Positions 17,203 to 25,610 of a DNA stretch of 60,725 nucleotides are shown one piece after another (the stretch's first letter is position 1; the number at the start of each line of letters is the position of its first letter). The stretch comes from Parcubacteria group bacterium (GTDB lineage: Bacteria > Patescibacteriota > Minisyncoccia > UBA6257 > JACRHW01). Both the position numbers and the translations under genes were made by a program. Under the pieces are notes generated by a model. It was not told where the DNA came from, did not search any database, and saw nothing but the letters and a program-made list of their open reading frames with translations. The stretch covers positions 1 to 60,725 of the forward strand of contig JACRHW010000008.1 of NCBI GenBank assembly GCA_016217555.1, written 5' to 3'.

Positions 17203-17640
17203 ATGAGTATCGAACATCTCATCGATTTCGACGCCAACCCCCATGTTCCCAATGGTTGGAGCGTGGTGGAGCACAAGAAGGGTGGAATTCTGAAATGGGA
17301 TCCTGCTAAGGTGAAGTTCCACCTTTCGAGGAATCAACGGGGTAACAAGAGTATCGTGGGCAATGAGCTTCGCAAGGAGCTTGAGAAACAGCCAGTCTAC
17401 AACGCCAACATGCTTGACTTCTTGTACGCCAAGCAAGAGCTGATCCCCGAGGAATGGAAGAAAGACGAGAACGGAAACATCCGTTTCATCTACTTCTGGG
17501 GAACCATCTACCGCGACTCCGATGGCTTTCTCTATGTGCGGTATCTCTGCTTCCGTGGTGGTCAGTGGGACTGGCGCTACCGCTGGCTTGATGACGACTG
17601 GCGCAGTCGCTTCCCCGCCCTCGTTTCCGCAAGTCAGTAG
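17203..17640 (+). CDS. Hypothetical protein, GC-rich paralog of 13323-13754
   Basis: ATG after AAAAGGAGA. Shares conserved blocks with the 13323 ORF. Composition is clearly richer in G+C than the neighbours (34/60 in line 17521-17580). Confidence 0.6.
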   Translation: MSIEHLIDFDANPHVPNGWSVVEHKKGGILKWDPAKVKFHLSRNQRGNKSIVGNELRKELEKQPVYNANMLDFLYAKQELIPEEWKKDENGNIRFIYFWGTIYRDSDGFLYVRYLCFRGGQWDWRYRWLDDDWRSRFPALVSASQ

Positions 17641-17834
17641 CCCTTAGGACTTTGAACTTTAGGTCTTCATGATCTTTGGTCCTTAGTCCTTAGAACGTCG
17701 CGAAAAAATAAGACAGGGAGTGTAATGCTCCCGACCTCGTACATCCGTGCGGGTTTTTTATTACTCCTTAAAATCTGTAGGCGTAAGCCCATGGAGATTC
17801 TTTTTTGTATTGGAAAACAGTTTTTATTGGTATT

Positions 17835-17893
17835 TTTTGACGATTTGGGGGTTGTATGCCCCTCGAAACCCGCTCCTGTGAGCGGTTTTTTGT
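17835..17893 (+). repeat. R4 59-bp direct repeat containing a terminator hairpin (left copy)
   Basis: ttttgacgatttgggggttgtatgcccctcgaaacccgctcctgtgagcggttttttgt matches 20679-20737 at 57/59. It contains CCGCTC-ctgt-GAGCGG plus T6. Confidence 0.9.
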
Positions 17894-18002
17894 GTACATC
17901 TTATGTTTCATACAAACAAAAAGATTTATAGTTTACATGAATTTTTTTTGACACGCGCGTGAGGGGGGGGGGTATACTAATGTCATATTTGTGTGAAAGA
18001 CT

Positions 18003-19820
18003 ATGGATAAAACAAAAGAAATAGTTTCTAATCTCTTACAAAACATTGTTCGTGTTTTTAAATTATCTTGGGAGATTGATTCTAGATTGGTTTTTCTCTA
18101 TTTCTTCACATCTGCGTTGGGGGCTATTTTTCCGATCATTGCCGCATATCTTTTTAAGATTATGCTTGACAACGTTGTAAGCAACACCTCTATTGCGAAT
18201 TTACAAAACTCAATTTCTTCAATCATTGTTCTTATTTTGGCGGGTTATTTTTTCATGAAATTGTTGGGGGCTGCGTTGTATTGGGGTTTGAATGTAAACT
18301 ATTTAGATAAACTGTTGAATAATAGGTTGCTTCTCGGCTTGGATCGCCGTTATATTAAAAAGATGTCGAGTTTAGATATTGGCCATTTAGAAAATTCTGA
18401 AATTCAAAATTTGATCACTCGAGTGAAGTTTACCTACATGGAACATGTGCCGCAATTTTTGAAAAAATGGAATAATATTTTTCGTGATTTAATTGGTATT
18501 ATTTCAATTTTTATTGCTCTTAGCGCTTATAATATTTGGATTCCTATTGCTATACTTCTAGTTTCGCTTCCAAGGTTCTACTTTAAATTTAAACTGGGCA
18601 AAAGTGTTTACTCTGTTTATGCGGCCTCCAATCCGGAAACTAGGAAAATGTGGTATATAACGGATTTGCTAACAGAGGAAAAATCAATTGTTGAAACCAG
18701 GATTTTTCAATCTCAAAGTGCTTTATTTGGTCGTTTGACTAAACTTCAAGATTCGATTTTGAATACAACCCAAAAGCCACTTGCCCAATATAGTCGTACT
18801 TTGGTTTTGTCGCCTATTTTTGAAAATTGCTTAGCTTTTTTATTAATCTATTGGATGTTGCCGAATGCGTTGACCGGAGCATTGACGGTTGGGGCCATTA
18901 CTTTCATTGTTAGCGCCATGGAACAGTTAAGAAGTAATATTATTTCTGGTACTTCAAACTGTGGTGATTTGTATGGACATAATCTATTTATCAATCCATT
19001 TTTTGAATTGATGGCGTTGCCCAAATTAATTAAAGAGGTGGAAAACCCACAATTTCTTCAAGAGTTAAAACCGCCAAAAATTGAATTTAAAAATGTGCAT
19101 TTTTCCTATCCTAACAGCAGTAAAAAAGTTTTAAATGGAGTTTCGTTTGTTATTGAACCAGGGCAGAGTCTTGCCCTTGTTGGGGTTAATGGCGCCGGCA
19201 AGACTACGATAATTAAACTGCTTTGTCGTTTTTATGACGCTGATAGTGGAGAAATTATAATAAACGGTATTAATATAAAAGATTTAAGTCTTGCCAACTG
19301 GTACAGTCATCTCGGAACCCTTTTTCAGGACTTTGTGAAATACAAATTTACTTTTAGGGATAATATAATGCTGGGGGCTCCGCAAATTCAGGATGAAAAT
19401 AGAATGAAAGAAGCGGCATTACAGTCTGGCGCTTACGAGTTTATTAATAAATATGATCGAAATTTTGACCAGATGTTGAGTAAGGATTTTGAAGAGGGTG
19501 AAGAGCTGTCCGGTGGACAGTGGCAAAAGTTGGCGATTGCTAGAGCATTTTACCAACAAGCTCCAGTTTTGATTTTAGATGAGCCAACCAGTGCTATTGA
19601 TGCGGAATCTGAGTATGAGATTTTCCAAAACTTAGAAAAAGTCTATAAAAACAAAACTTTAATTATGGTATCTCATCGTTTTTCCACCGTGCGCAATGCT
19701 AGTAAGATTGTAGTTATTGAAGATGGCAAAATAATTGAGTCAGGAACGCATCGGGAACTGTTAAAAGATGATGGTAAGTATGCTCAAATGTTTAAAATTC
19801 AAGCCAAGGGTTATACATAA
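18003..19820 (+). CDS. ABC exporter, fused permease/ATPase (MsbA/bacteriocin-exporter type)
   Basis: Six predicted N-terminal TM helices, Walker A GVNGAGKTT, signature LSGGQWQKLAIARA, Walker B VLILDEPTSAID and an H-loop SHR. Confidence 0.9.
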   Translation: MDKTKEIVSNLLQNIVRVFKLSWEIDSRLVFLYFFTSALGAIFPIIAAYLFKIMLDNVVSNTSIANLQNSISSIIVLILAGYFFMKLLGAALYWGLNVNYLDKLLNNRLLLGLDRRYIKKMSSLDIGHLENSEIQNLITRVKFTYMEHVPQFLKKWNNIFRDLIGIISIFIALSAYNIWIPIAILLVSLPRFYFKFKLGKSVYSVYAASNPETRKMWYITDLLTEEKSIVETRIFQSQSALFGRLTKLQDSILNTTQKPLAQYSRTLVLSPIFENCLAFLLIYWMLPNALTGALTVGAITFIVSAMEQLRSNIISGTSNCGDLYGHNLFINPFFELMALPKLIKEVENPQFLQELKPPKIEFKNVHFSYPNSSKKVLNGVSFVIEPGQSLALVGVNGAGKTTIIKLLCRFYDADSGEIIINGINIKDLSLANWYSHLGTLFQDFVKYKFTFRDNIMLGAPQIQDENRMKEAALQSGAYEFINKYDRNFDQMLSKDFEEGEELSGGQWQKLAIARAFYQQAPVLILDEPTSAIDAESEYEIFQNLEKVYKNKTLIMVSHRFSTVRNASKIVVIEDGKIIESGTHRELLKDDGKYAQMFKIQAKGYT

Positions 19821-19880
19821 TAGTGGTTTGATGGGGTATTCTTGCGATAGGATTTACTAAAATAATTAACTTTAAAAATT

Positions 19881-20657
19881 ATGCTTAATCTAAAAAATGT
19901 TACGTTATTGGGTCTCGATTGCGTTGATCTTGATAGGCTTAAGGTTGCAAGGGATATTTGTGTCAAAGATATTGAATTTGGTGCGGTCAAGCTTTTATCC
20001 TCAATAGAGTCCAGTGATAATAATGTAATCAAAATCGACAAAGTAGATTCAATCGAAAACTATTCGGAATTTATGATTAAAAAACTGAATGATTATATTC
20101 AGACTGAGTTTGTTTTAATTTTTCAACACGATGGTTTTGTTTTAAGCGCAGATAACTGGCAAGGAGAGTTTCTGAATTATGATTATATAGGGTGTCCTTG
20201 GATCGGATATTTTAAAGAAAATCCTGATCATAATGTCGGTAATGGAGGGTTTAGTTTGCGCAGTAAAAAGCTTTTGGAAATTTTAGCCAATGACGAACAA
20301 ATTGAGCTGGGCCAACCCGTGGATGGTCTTATTTGTCGCCAATATCGAGATTATTTGGAAAAGAAAGGCGTAAAATTTGCTCCAGAAGAAATTGCAGGCA
20401 TATTCGCAATTCCTGACATTATGAGGCAAAAAGATATAGAATTTACTAATCAGCAATACCGGGAATATCTGAAAAAACAAGGAATTATAATTGACTCTAA
20501 AGAAAAAGAACTAGCATATCAAATACCAGAAGCTTATGAAAATGGTGACTTGAATTGGACTAATCAATTTGGTTTTCATTATTTAACCAAAGGACATTTG
20601 ACCAAGTGGTTAGAACAAAATCCCAAATATAATGGTTTAATCAAGGCAGAAGACTAG
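19881..20657 (+). CDS. DUF5672-like (glycosyltransferase-like) protein
   Basis: FVLIFQHDGFVL....W...FL.YDYIGCPW......VGNGGFSLRSKKLLEIL resembles the DUF5672 signature as I remember it. AT-rich. Confidence 0.55.
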   Translation: MLNLKNVTLLGLDCVDLDRLKVARDICVKDIEFGAVKLLSSIESSDNNVIKIDKVDSIENYSEFMIKKLNDYIQTEFVLIFQHDGFVLSADNWQGEFLNYDYIGCPWIGYFKENPDHNVGNGGFSLRSKKLLEILANDEQIELGQPVDGLICRQYRDYLEKKGVKFAPEEIAGIFAIPDIMRQKDIEFTNQQYREYLKKQGIIIDSKEKELAYQIPEAYENGDLNWTNQFGFHYLTKGHLTKWLEQNPKYNGLIKAED

Positions 20658-20678
20658 TAAACGGCTTTGCATTTATTC

Positions 20679-20737
20679 TTTTGACGATTTGGGGGTTGTA
20701 TGATCCTCGAAACCCGCTCCTGTGAGCGGTTTTTTGT
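20679..20737 (+). repeat. R4 59-bp direct repeat (right copy)
   Basis: Matches 17835-17893 at 57/59. Begins 21 nt after the stop of 19881-20657. Confidence 0.9.
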
Positions 20738-20805
20738 TGGGAAGTTATCCACATTTACTCCACAGGTGAACGGGGCGATAGTAGAAGTGTCGAACACAAA
20801 CCATA

Positions 20806-20897
20806 CCAATATACGAATGATACTAATACTACAAATCAATACGAATATCGTACGTATTCGTAACCATTCGTATCATTTGTATGGATTCGTATATTAG
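20806..20897 (-). repeat. R3 TACGAAT-array element upstream of nrdJ (inverted relative to 15100-15212)
   Basis: TACGAAT at 20812 and 20840; ATTCGTA at 20856, 20866 and 20885. Both arms match the reverse complement of the ftsZ-proximal copy with 2-3 mismatches per roughly 40 nt. Confidence 0.8.
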
Positions 20898-20923
20898 TAT
20901 TTTATATTTACCTAACGTTATAT

Positions 20924-23218
20924 ATGACAAAACAAACTTCAAAAATGCAGTTTACACAGATTAGAAAGCGCGATGGGCGTATTGTACCCTGGGATCAGAC
21001 ACGCGTTACGAATGCAGTGAAAAAGGCGATGACTATTGCAGAAGAGGGCGATATTATGAAAGACCCACAGAGGGTTTCTAATGAAGTTGTACGTATTTTA
21101 TCTAAAAAGTTTCCGGCTGATCATATTCCGCAGGTAGAGGAGATCCAAGACGTTGTTGAGGAGACGCTTATTATGATGGATTTTCCAAAAACGGCGAAGT
21201 CATATATTTTGTATCGTGAAGAGCGGTCAAGACTTCGTTCGGAAAATAAAGTAGTTCCTGATCGTGTAAAAAAATTAGTTGAGGAGAGCCGTAAATACTT
21301 TAGAAACAATCTCTCCGAGTTTGTCTATTACCAGACGTATGCACGATGGGTTGAGGAGGAGAATCGTCGTGAAACATGGGTTGAGACGGTTGATAGATAT
21401 ATATCTTTTATGAAGGAGAATCTTGGATCGAAGCTCAAGGAGGGGGAGTATGAAGAAATACGTGAGTATGTTTTAGACATGAAGGCTCTCGGGTCTATGC
21501 GACTTTTGCAGTTTGCAGGAAAGGCGACCCGTGCTACGAACGTTGCCGCATATAACTGTTCTTTTACTGCTCCAAAGGAGTGGCAGGATTTTGGGGAGAT
21601 TGTATATATCCTCATGTGTGGAACGGGGGTTGGATTTTCTGTTGAGGAGCAGACTGTAGGACTTCTTCCTATAATCAAGCGTCAGATTGTGGGGAAGGTT
21701 ACGACGTATGTAATTTCTGATAGTCGTGAGGGTTGGGCAGATGCGCTCGTGCATGGGCTTAAGACGTGGGCATCTGGAAAGGATGTGGAGTTTGATTATT
21801 CAAAACTTCGTCCTCGTGGCGCGCGTCTCAAGACTATGGGGGGGCGATCTTCGGGGCCAGAGCCATTGAAAAATTTGTTGAATTTTACGCGTGAGCGTAT
21901 GCTGGCGTGTCAGGGAAGGAGGTTAAAATCGATAGATGCACACGATATTATTTGTAAGATTGGAGAAACTGTCGTTGCGGGAGGTGTACGACGTTCGGCA
22001 CTGCTTTCGCTTTCTGATCTTGATGACACAGGTATGCGAGAGGCAAAGAATGGTCAGTTCTATCTTACGCACCCAGAGCGATCTATGGCTAATAATTCCG
22101 TTGCCTATAACGAAAAGCCTACTATGCCACAGTTTCTTGACGAATGGATAAATCTCGCAAAGGCAGGTTCGGGGGAGCGCGGAATTTTCAATAGAGGAAG
22201 TCTAAAAGAGCAATTTCCTACACGAAGATGGAAACTTTTTGAACCAGATGCGCAAACATCAGGAACGAATCCTTGTGGCGAAATTATCTTGAAATCAAAA
22301 GAGTTCTGCAATCTTTCTGAAGTTGTCGCACGAGTTGATGATACTGTTGATACCCTCATGGATAAGGTTCGTATTGCTGCTATTCTTGGTACCTACCAGG
22401 CCACGCTTACTAATTTTCCATACCTTTCAGAAGAATGGAAGAAAAATTGTGAGGAGGAGGCGTTGCTTGGTGTTTCCATTACAGGACAATGGGATTGCCC
22501 TGTACTTAGGAACGCCTCTGTTTTTAGAAAGTTAAAGGAGGTCGCAGTGGATACAAACAGGAAATATGCCGAGCGTTTTGGTATTAATCGTTCGGCTGCG
22601 GTGACGTGTGTAAAGCCTTCTGGAAATGGTTCGCAGTTATTTGATTCTTCCTCCGGAATGCATCCACGCCATGCACGTTATTATATCCGTCGTGTTCGTA
22701 TCGAGAGCCATAACCCCATTTTTAAGATGCTGCGTGATACCGCAGTGCCCTACGAACCGGAAGTGGGCCAATCTAAGGAAACGGCGACAACATACGTCGT
22801 TGAGTTCCCTGTTAAGGCACCCTCAGCAAAAGGTACTGTGTATAAGGATGATCTTACTGCACTCGAACAGTTAAATTTCTGGAAGACAGTGAAGGAGAAT
22901 TTTACGGAGCATAACCCATCTACAACGATTTCCGTAGGAGAAGATGAATGGCTTCGTGTGGGGAGCTGGGTATACGAGAATTGGGATATGATTGGAGGAC
23001 TTTCGTTTTTGCCACGAAGCCAACATATCTATCGTCTTGCGCCCTATGAGGAGATTACACAGGAAAAATATAATGAACTTAACGCGAAGTTTCCTGAGAT
23101 TGATTTTGCAAAACTTGTTCTTTATGAAGATGAAGACATGACAGAGGTGAAAAAGGAACTTGCTTGCGTAAGTGGGGTGTGTGAGATAGATTATCAGCCA
23201 AGTATTCTTCCTGCATAG
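20924..23218 (+). CDS. nrdJ: Class II (adenosylcobalamin-dependent) ribonucleotide reductase with N-terminal ATP-cone
   Basis: ATP-cone IRKRDGRIVPWDQTRVTNAVKKAM, active-site NPCGEI and a C-terminal Cys pair CVSGVC. 764 aa. Confidence 0.88.
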   Translation: MTKQTSKMQFTQIRKRDGRIVPWDQTRVTNAVKKAMTIAEEGDIMKDPQRVSNEVVRILSKKFPADHIPQVEEIQDVVEETLIMMDFPKTAKSYILYREERSRLRSENKVVPDRVKKLVEESRKYFRNNLSEFVYYQTYARWVEEENRRETWVETVDRYISFMKENLGSKLKEGEYEEIREYVLDMKALGSMRLLQFAGKATRATNVAAYNCSFTAPKEWQDFGEIVYILMCGTGVGFSVEEQTVGLLPIIKRQIVGKVTTYVISDSREGWADALVHGLKTWASGKDVEFDYSKLRPRGARLKTMGGRSSGPEPLKNLLNFTRERMLACQGRRLKSIDAHDIICKIGETVVAGGVRRSALLSLSDLDDTGMREAKNGQFYLTHPERSMANNSVAYNEKPTMPQFLDEWINLAKAGSGERGIFNRGSLKEQFPTRRWKLFEPDAQTSGTNPCGEIILKSKEFCNLSEVVARVDDTVDTLMDKVRIAAILGTYQATLTNFPYLSEEWKKNCEEEALLGVSITGQWDCPVLRNASVFRKLKEVAVDTNRKYAERFGINRSAAVTCVKPSGNGSQLFDSSSGMHPRHARYYIRRVRIESHNPIFKMLRDTAVPYEPEVGQSKETATTYVVEFPVKAPSAKGTVYKDDLTALEQLNFWKTVKENFTEHNPSTTISVGEDEWLRVGSWVYENWDMIGGLSFLPRSQHIYRLAPYEEITQEKYNELNAKFPEIDFAKLVLYEDEDMTEVKKELACVSGVCEIDYQPSILPA

Positions 23219-23338
23219 TTTCAAAAATTAGTACCGATTTCTTTGATAGACGCCCTCTGGGGTGTCTATTGACATTCGGGGGGTAGTTACTAAGCTATAG
23301 GTAGCTCATCGACAACTAAAATAAGGAGAACGAATATC

Positions 23339-25198
23339 ATGAGATGTCGTAATGCCTTGATTTCTTTTTTCATTTTTCTTTTGGTGAGTGTTCCTTGTTT
23401 TGCGTTTACAGAACGTGAAGATTTTGATGCATGGCTAAAGAAGACACACGGGCAGACGTCTACATTCGTTGAGTGGAAGCAGCTTAAGGTTGGAACGACT
23501 GGATATTGTATTACGGTATTGAAGGGCGTTGAGCTGAGCGTTAATGAGCTTGAGTACGTTGCGGTTGCTCCGCACCCTCTTACTGACATCGAAAAAGTAT
23601 TGCTTTTTAAGATCGGAAAGCCACTTGCGAATATTAGCGCGGTTGCTGGAATGAGTGGTTCTCCTGTATACGTAAAACACATGGGTGAGTGGAAGTTGGT
23701 GGGAGCGTATGCGTATGGATTTAATGCACTTGCTCCGCAGGGTGAGTATCTTGCCGGGGTTACTCCTATTAAGGCAATGCTGAATAAAAACGATGCACTT
23801 CGTAGTACCACTCTTCGAGAACGAAATAACGACAACGATAGTTTATTTGCCGTAAAGACACACAATGAGTATGTTTCTGGTCTTGGTATGTGTTTTGTAA
23901 AGTCGCTTATTACTTTTACAAAGGTAGCGAGTGGAAATGTGGATGTTTCTACGGAAGCTGTATTTATGAATCTTGAGCGTGAACCACAACCGGGCGACGC
24001 CGTGTCGGTACTTCTTTCTCAGGGAGATTTTACCTACTACGCCACAGGGACGGTTACTTATGTGGATCCGCTCAAGAAGACATTTTATGCTTTTGGGCAT
24101 CCTTTTTTGAGTGAGCTTGGCATTGGTAAAATTGAAATGCCTGCACGCCGTGCCGAAATTGCGACAACTGTTAAGAGTCAGGTTGATTCACATAAGCTTC
24201 CTGCTCGTTTGCTTGAACATTTTGGTACGATTGAAAAGGATGGGATCTTTGCTATTGAGGGGAGTATCGGTCCAAAACCAGGTGTGCTCCTTCCTCTTTC
24301 TTGTCAAGTTACTGTTGGCGGTATTACTACCTCATATTCATTCAGTGTCGTAAGGCAGAAGGTTCTTGCACCTATTCTTTCATCGATGGGAATGAAGACT
24401 CTTGTTGATAATGTGTACTCATTGGAGACGCTCACATTAGGTACAATGAAGACTATGATTACTTTTGGAGACAGTACTTCGCTTTCTTTCAATGATTCAA
24501 GGATTTTTGAACCAAGGCAAACGCTTTCTCGTAACGTCTTGGAGCCAGAAGAGGATCTGTTTAGCGATTTTGTACGCAAGGTTTCTCTCATACTTGGTAG
24601 TGAATGGAATTTTGATGTGCGTAGTATTCAAACGTCCTTTTCTTTCACACCTGGAGTACAACGTCTTTTCCTTGACTCTAGCGCTGTCGTAAATGCAGAT
24701 GGTCTCCCTATTACATCAGTTAAGCGCGGTGAGACATTTTATGTCATTCTTGGGCTTCGTACTCTCGATAACTCTGCACGCTTCACTATTCGTACTCCTT
24801 ATACAGTTCCCAACGATATTTATATCTCAGGATCTACTTCGTTCAGAATGACTATTCAATCCGGCAATAATTATGAGAATCAGTCTTTTGTTGCGTCTAA
24901 GCATGCTCCAGACAGTGCTCGTGAGTTTTTGGATCTTGTAAGATCGTTTTTTGCAGGGATTAAGAACCCCATGCAACTATATGTTCAGATCATTCTTCCA
25001 CAAGATGCCGAAGAAGAAACAGATCAACACATTCACTATCAGGGTGAAAATGGTGTTTGGGTTTCTCCGCCTTCGCTTGGTAATTTGCGTAACAAGGTAG
25101 CTAATCCACCTCGCGTAGTGCAGAGTATTATTGATGGTCCATCACAAAAATATGTTCTTGATGTGAATGCAGGTGTTCGACTTAGGATCGAGAAATAG
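23339..25198 (+). CDS. Secreted protein with SpoIVB/S55-like serine peptidase motif
   Basis: Signal peptide, then AGMSGSPVYVKHMGEWKLVGAYAYGF....AGVTPIKAML, which resembles the S55 catalytic-Ser region. The remaining roughly 450 aa are unrecognised. Confidence 0.55.
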   Translation: MRCRNALISFFIFLLVSVPCFAFTEREDFDAWLKKTHGQTSTFVEWKQLKVGTTGYCITVLKGVELSVNELEYVAVAPHPLTDIEKVLLFKIGKPLANISAVAGMSGSPVYVKHMGEWKLVGAYAYGFNALAPQGEYLAGVTPIKAMLNKNDALRSTTLRERNNDNDSLFAVKTHNEYVSGLGMCFVKSLITFTKVASGNVDVSTEAVFMNLEREPQPGDAVSVLLSQGDFTYYATGTVTYVDPLKKTFYAFGHPFLSELGIGKIEMPARRAEIATTVKSQVDSHKLPARLLEHFGTIEKDGIFAIEGSIGPKPGVLLPLSCQVTVGGITTSYSFSVVRQKVLAPILSSMGMKTLVDNVYSLETLTLGTMKTMITFGDSTSLSFNDSRIFEPRQTLSRNVLEPEEDLFSDFVRKVSLILGSEWNFDVRSIQTSFSFTPGVQRLFLDSSAVVNADGLPITSVKRGETFYVILGLRTLDNSARFTIRTPYTVPNDIYISGSTSFRMTIQSGNNYENQSFVASKHAPDSAREFLDLVRSFFAGIKNPMQLYVQIILPQDAEEETDQHIHYQGENGVWVSPPSLGNLRNKVANPPRVVQSIIDGPSQKYVLDVNAGVRLRIEK

Positions 25199-25277
25199 GT
25201 TAATTATAAATCCTAGGCCCCTAAAGAGGGGTCTTTTTGTTGCAATAAAAAATATTGCACGCTACAATAGCAGTATT

Positions 25278-25610
25278 ATGGTTTCTATGGATACGCATTC
25301 TTTTTTTGAACAGGAAATTATCACCCGATTTAGGTTATTCCAAGATCGTCGCCCCCGTGAGGAAGATGAAAAAATTCTTTCCTTAGTCTCTGATGAGGTG
25401 TGGGGCGAGGCACTTCGATTTTTAGAGGAGTTGATTCCTTTTGAGGAGCAAGGACTTGTCCAGGCTGCACTCGAGGAGAACCCATCAGAGGAGACGATGC
25501 TGATGATTTTTAAGAAATACGTTGATGGTGAGGTTACGGCGTGGAGGTTGCGTACCCGTTTAAATACATTTTTAGATAATCTTTTGATTCAGAGTTTTAC
25601 AAAATTATGA
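25278..25610 (+). CDS. Small acidic hypothetical protein (110 aa)
   Basis: Start moved to ATG 25278, downstream of a GGCCCCT-aaaga-GGGGTCT hairpin plus T-run. Its stop overlaps the next ATG (ATGA). Confidence 0.45.
   Translation: MVSMDTHSFFEQEIITRFRLFQDRRPREEDEKILSLVSDEVWGEALRFLEELIPFEEQGLVQAALEENPSEETMLMIFKKYVDGEVTAWRLRTRLNTFLDNLLIQSFTKL

Noticed and set aside
23290-23865. 191-aa minus-strand ORF overlapping the S55-like gene; the same applies to 26338-26814 inside the giant ORF.
   Set aside because: It overlaps longer, motif-bearing + strand ORFs that have an SD and a signal peptide. There is no independent support.
25167-25277. Upstream extension of the 147-aa track ORF overlapping the end of the S55-like gene.
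   Set aside because: The extension crosses a hairpin plus T-run (about 25213-25240). ATG 25278 is preferred.
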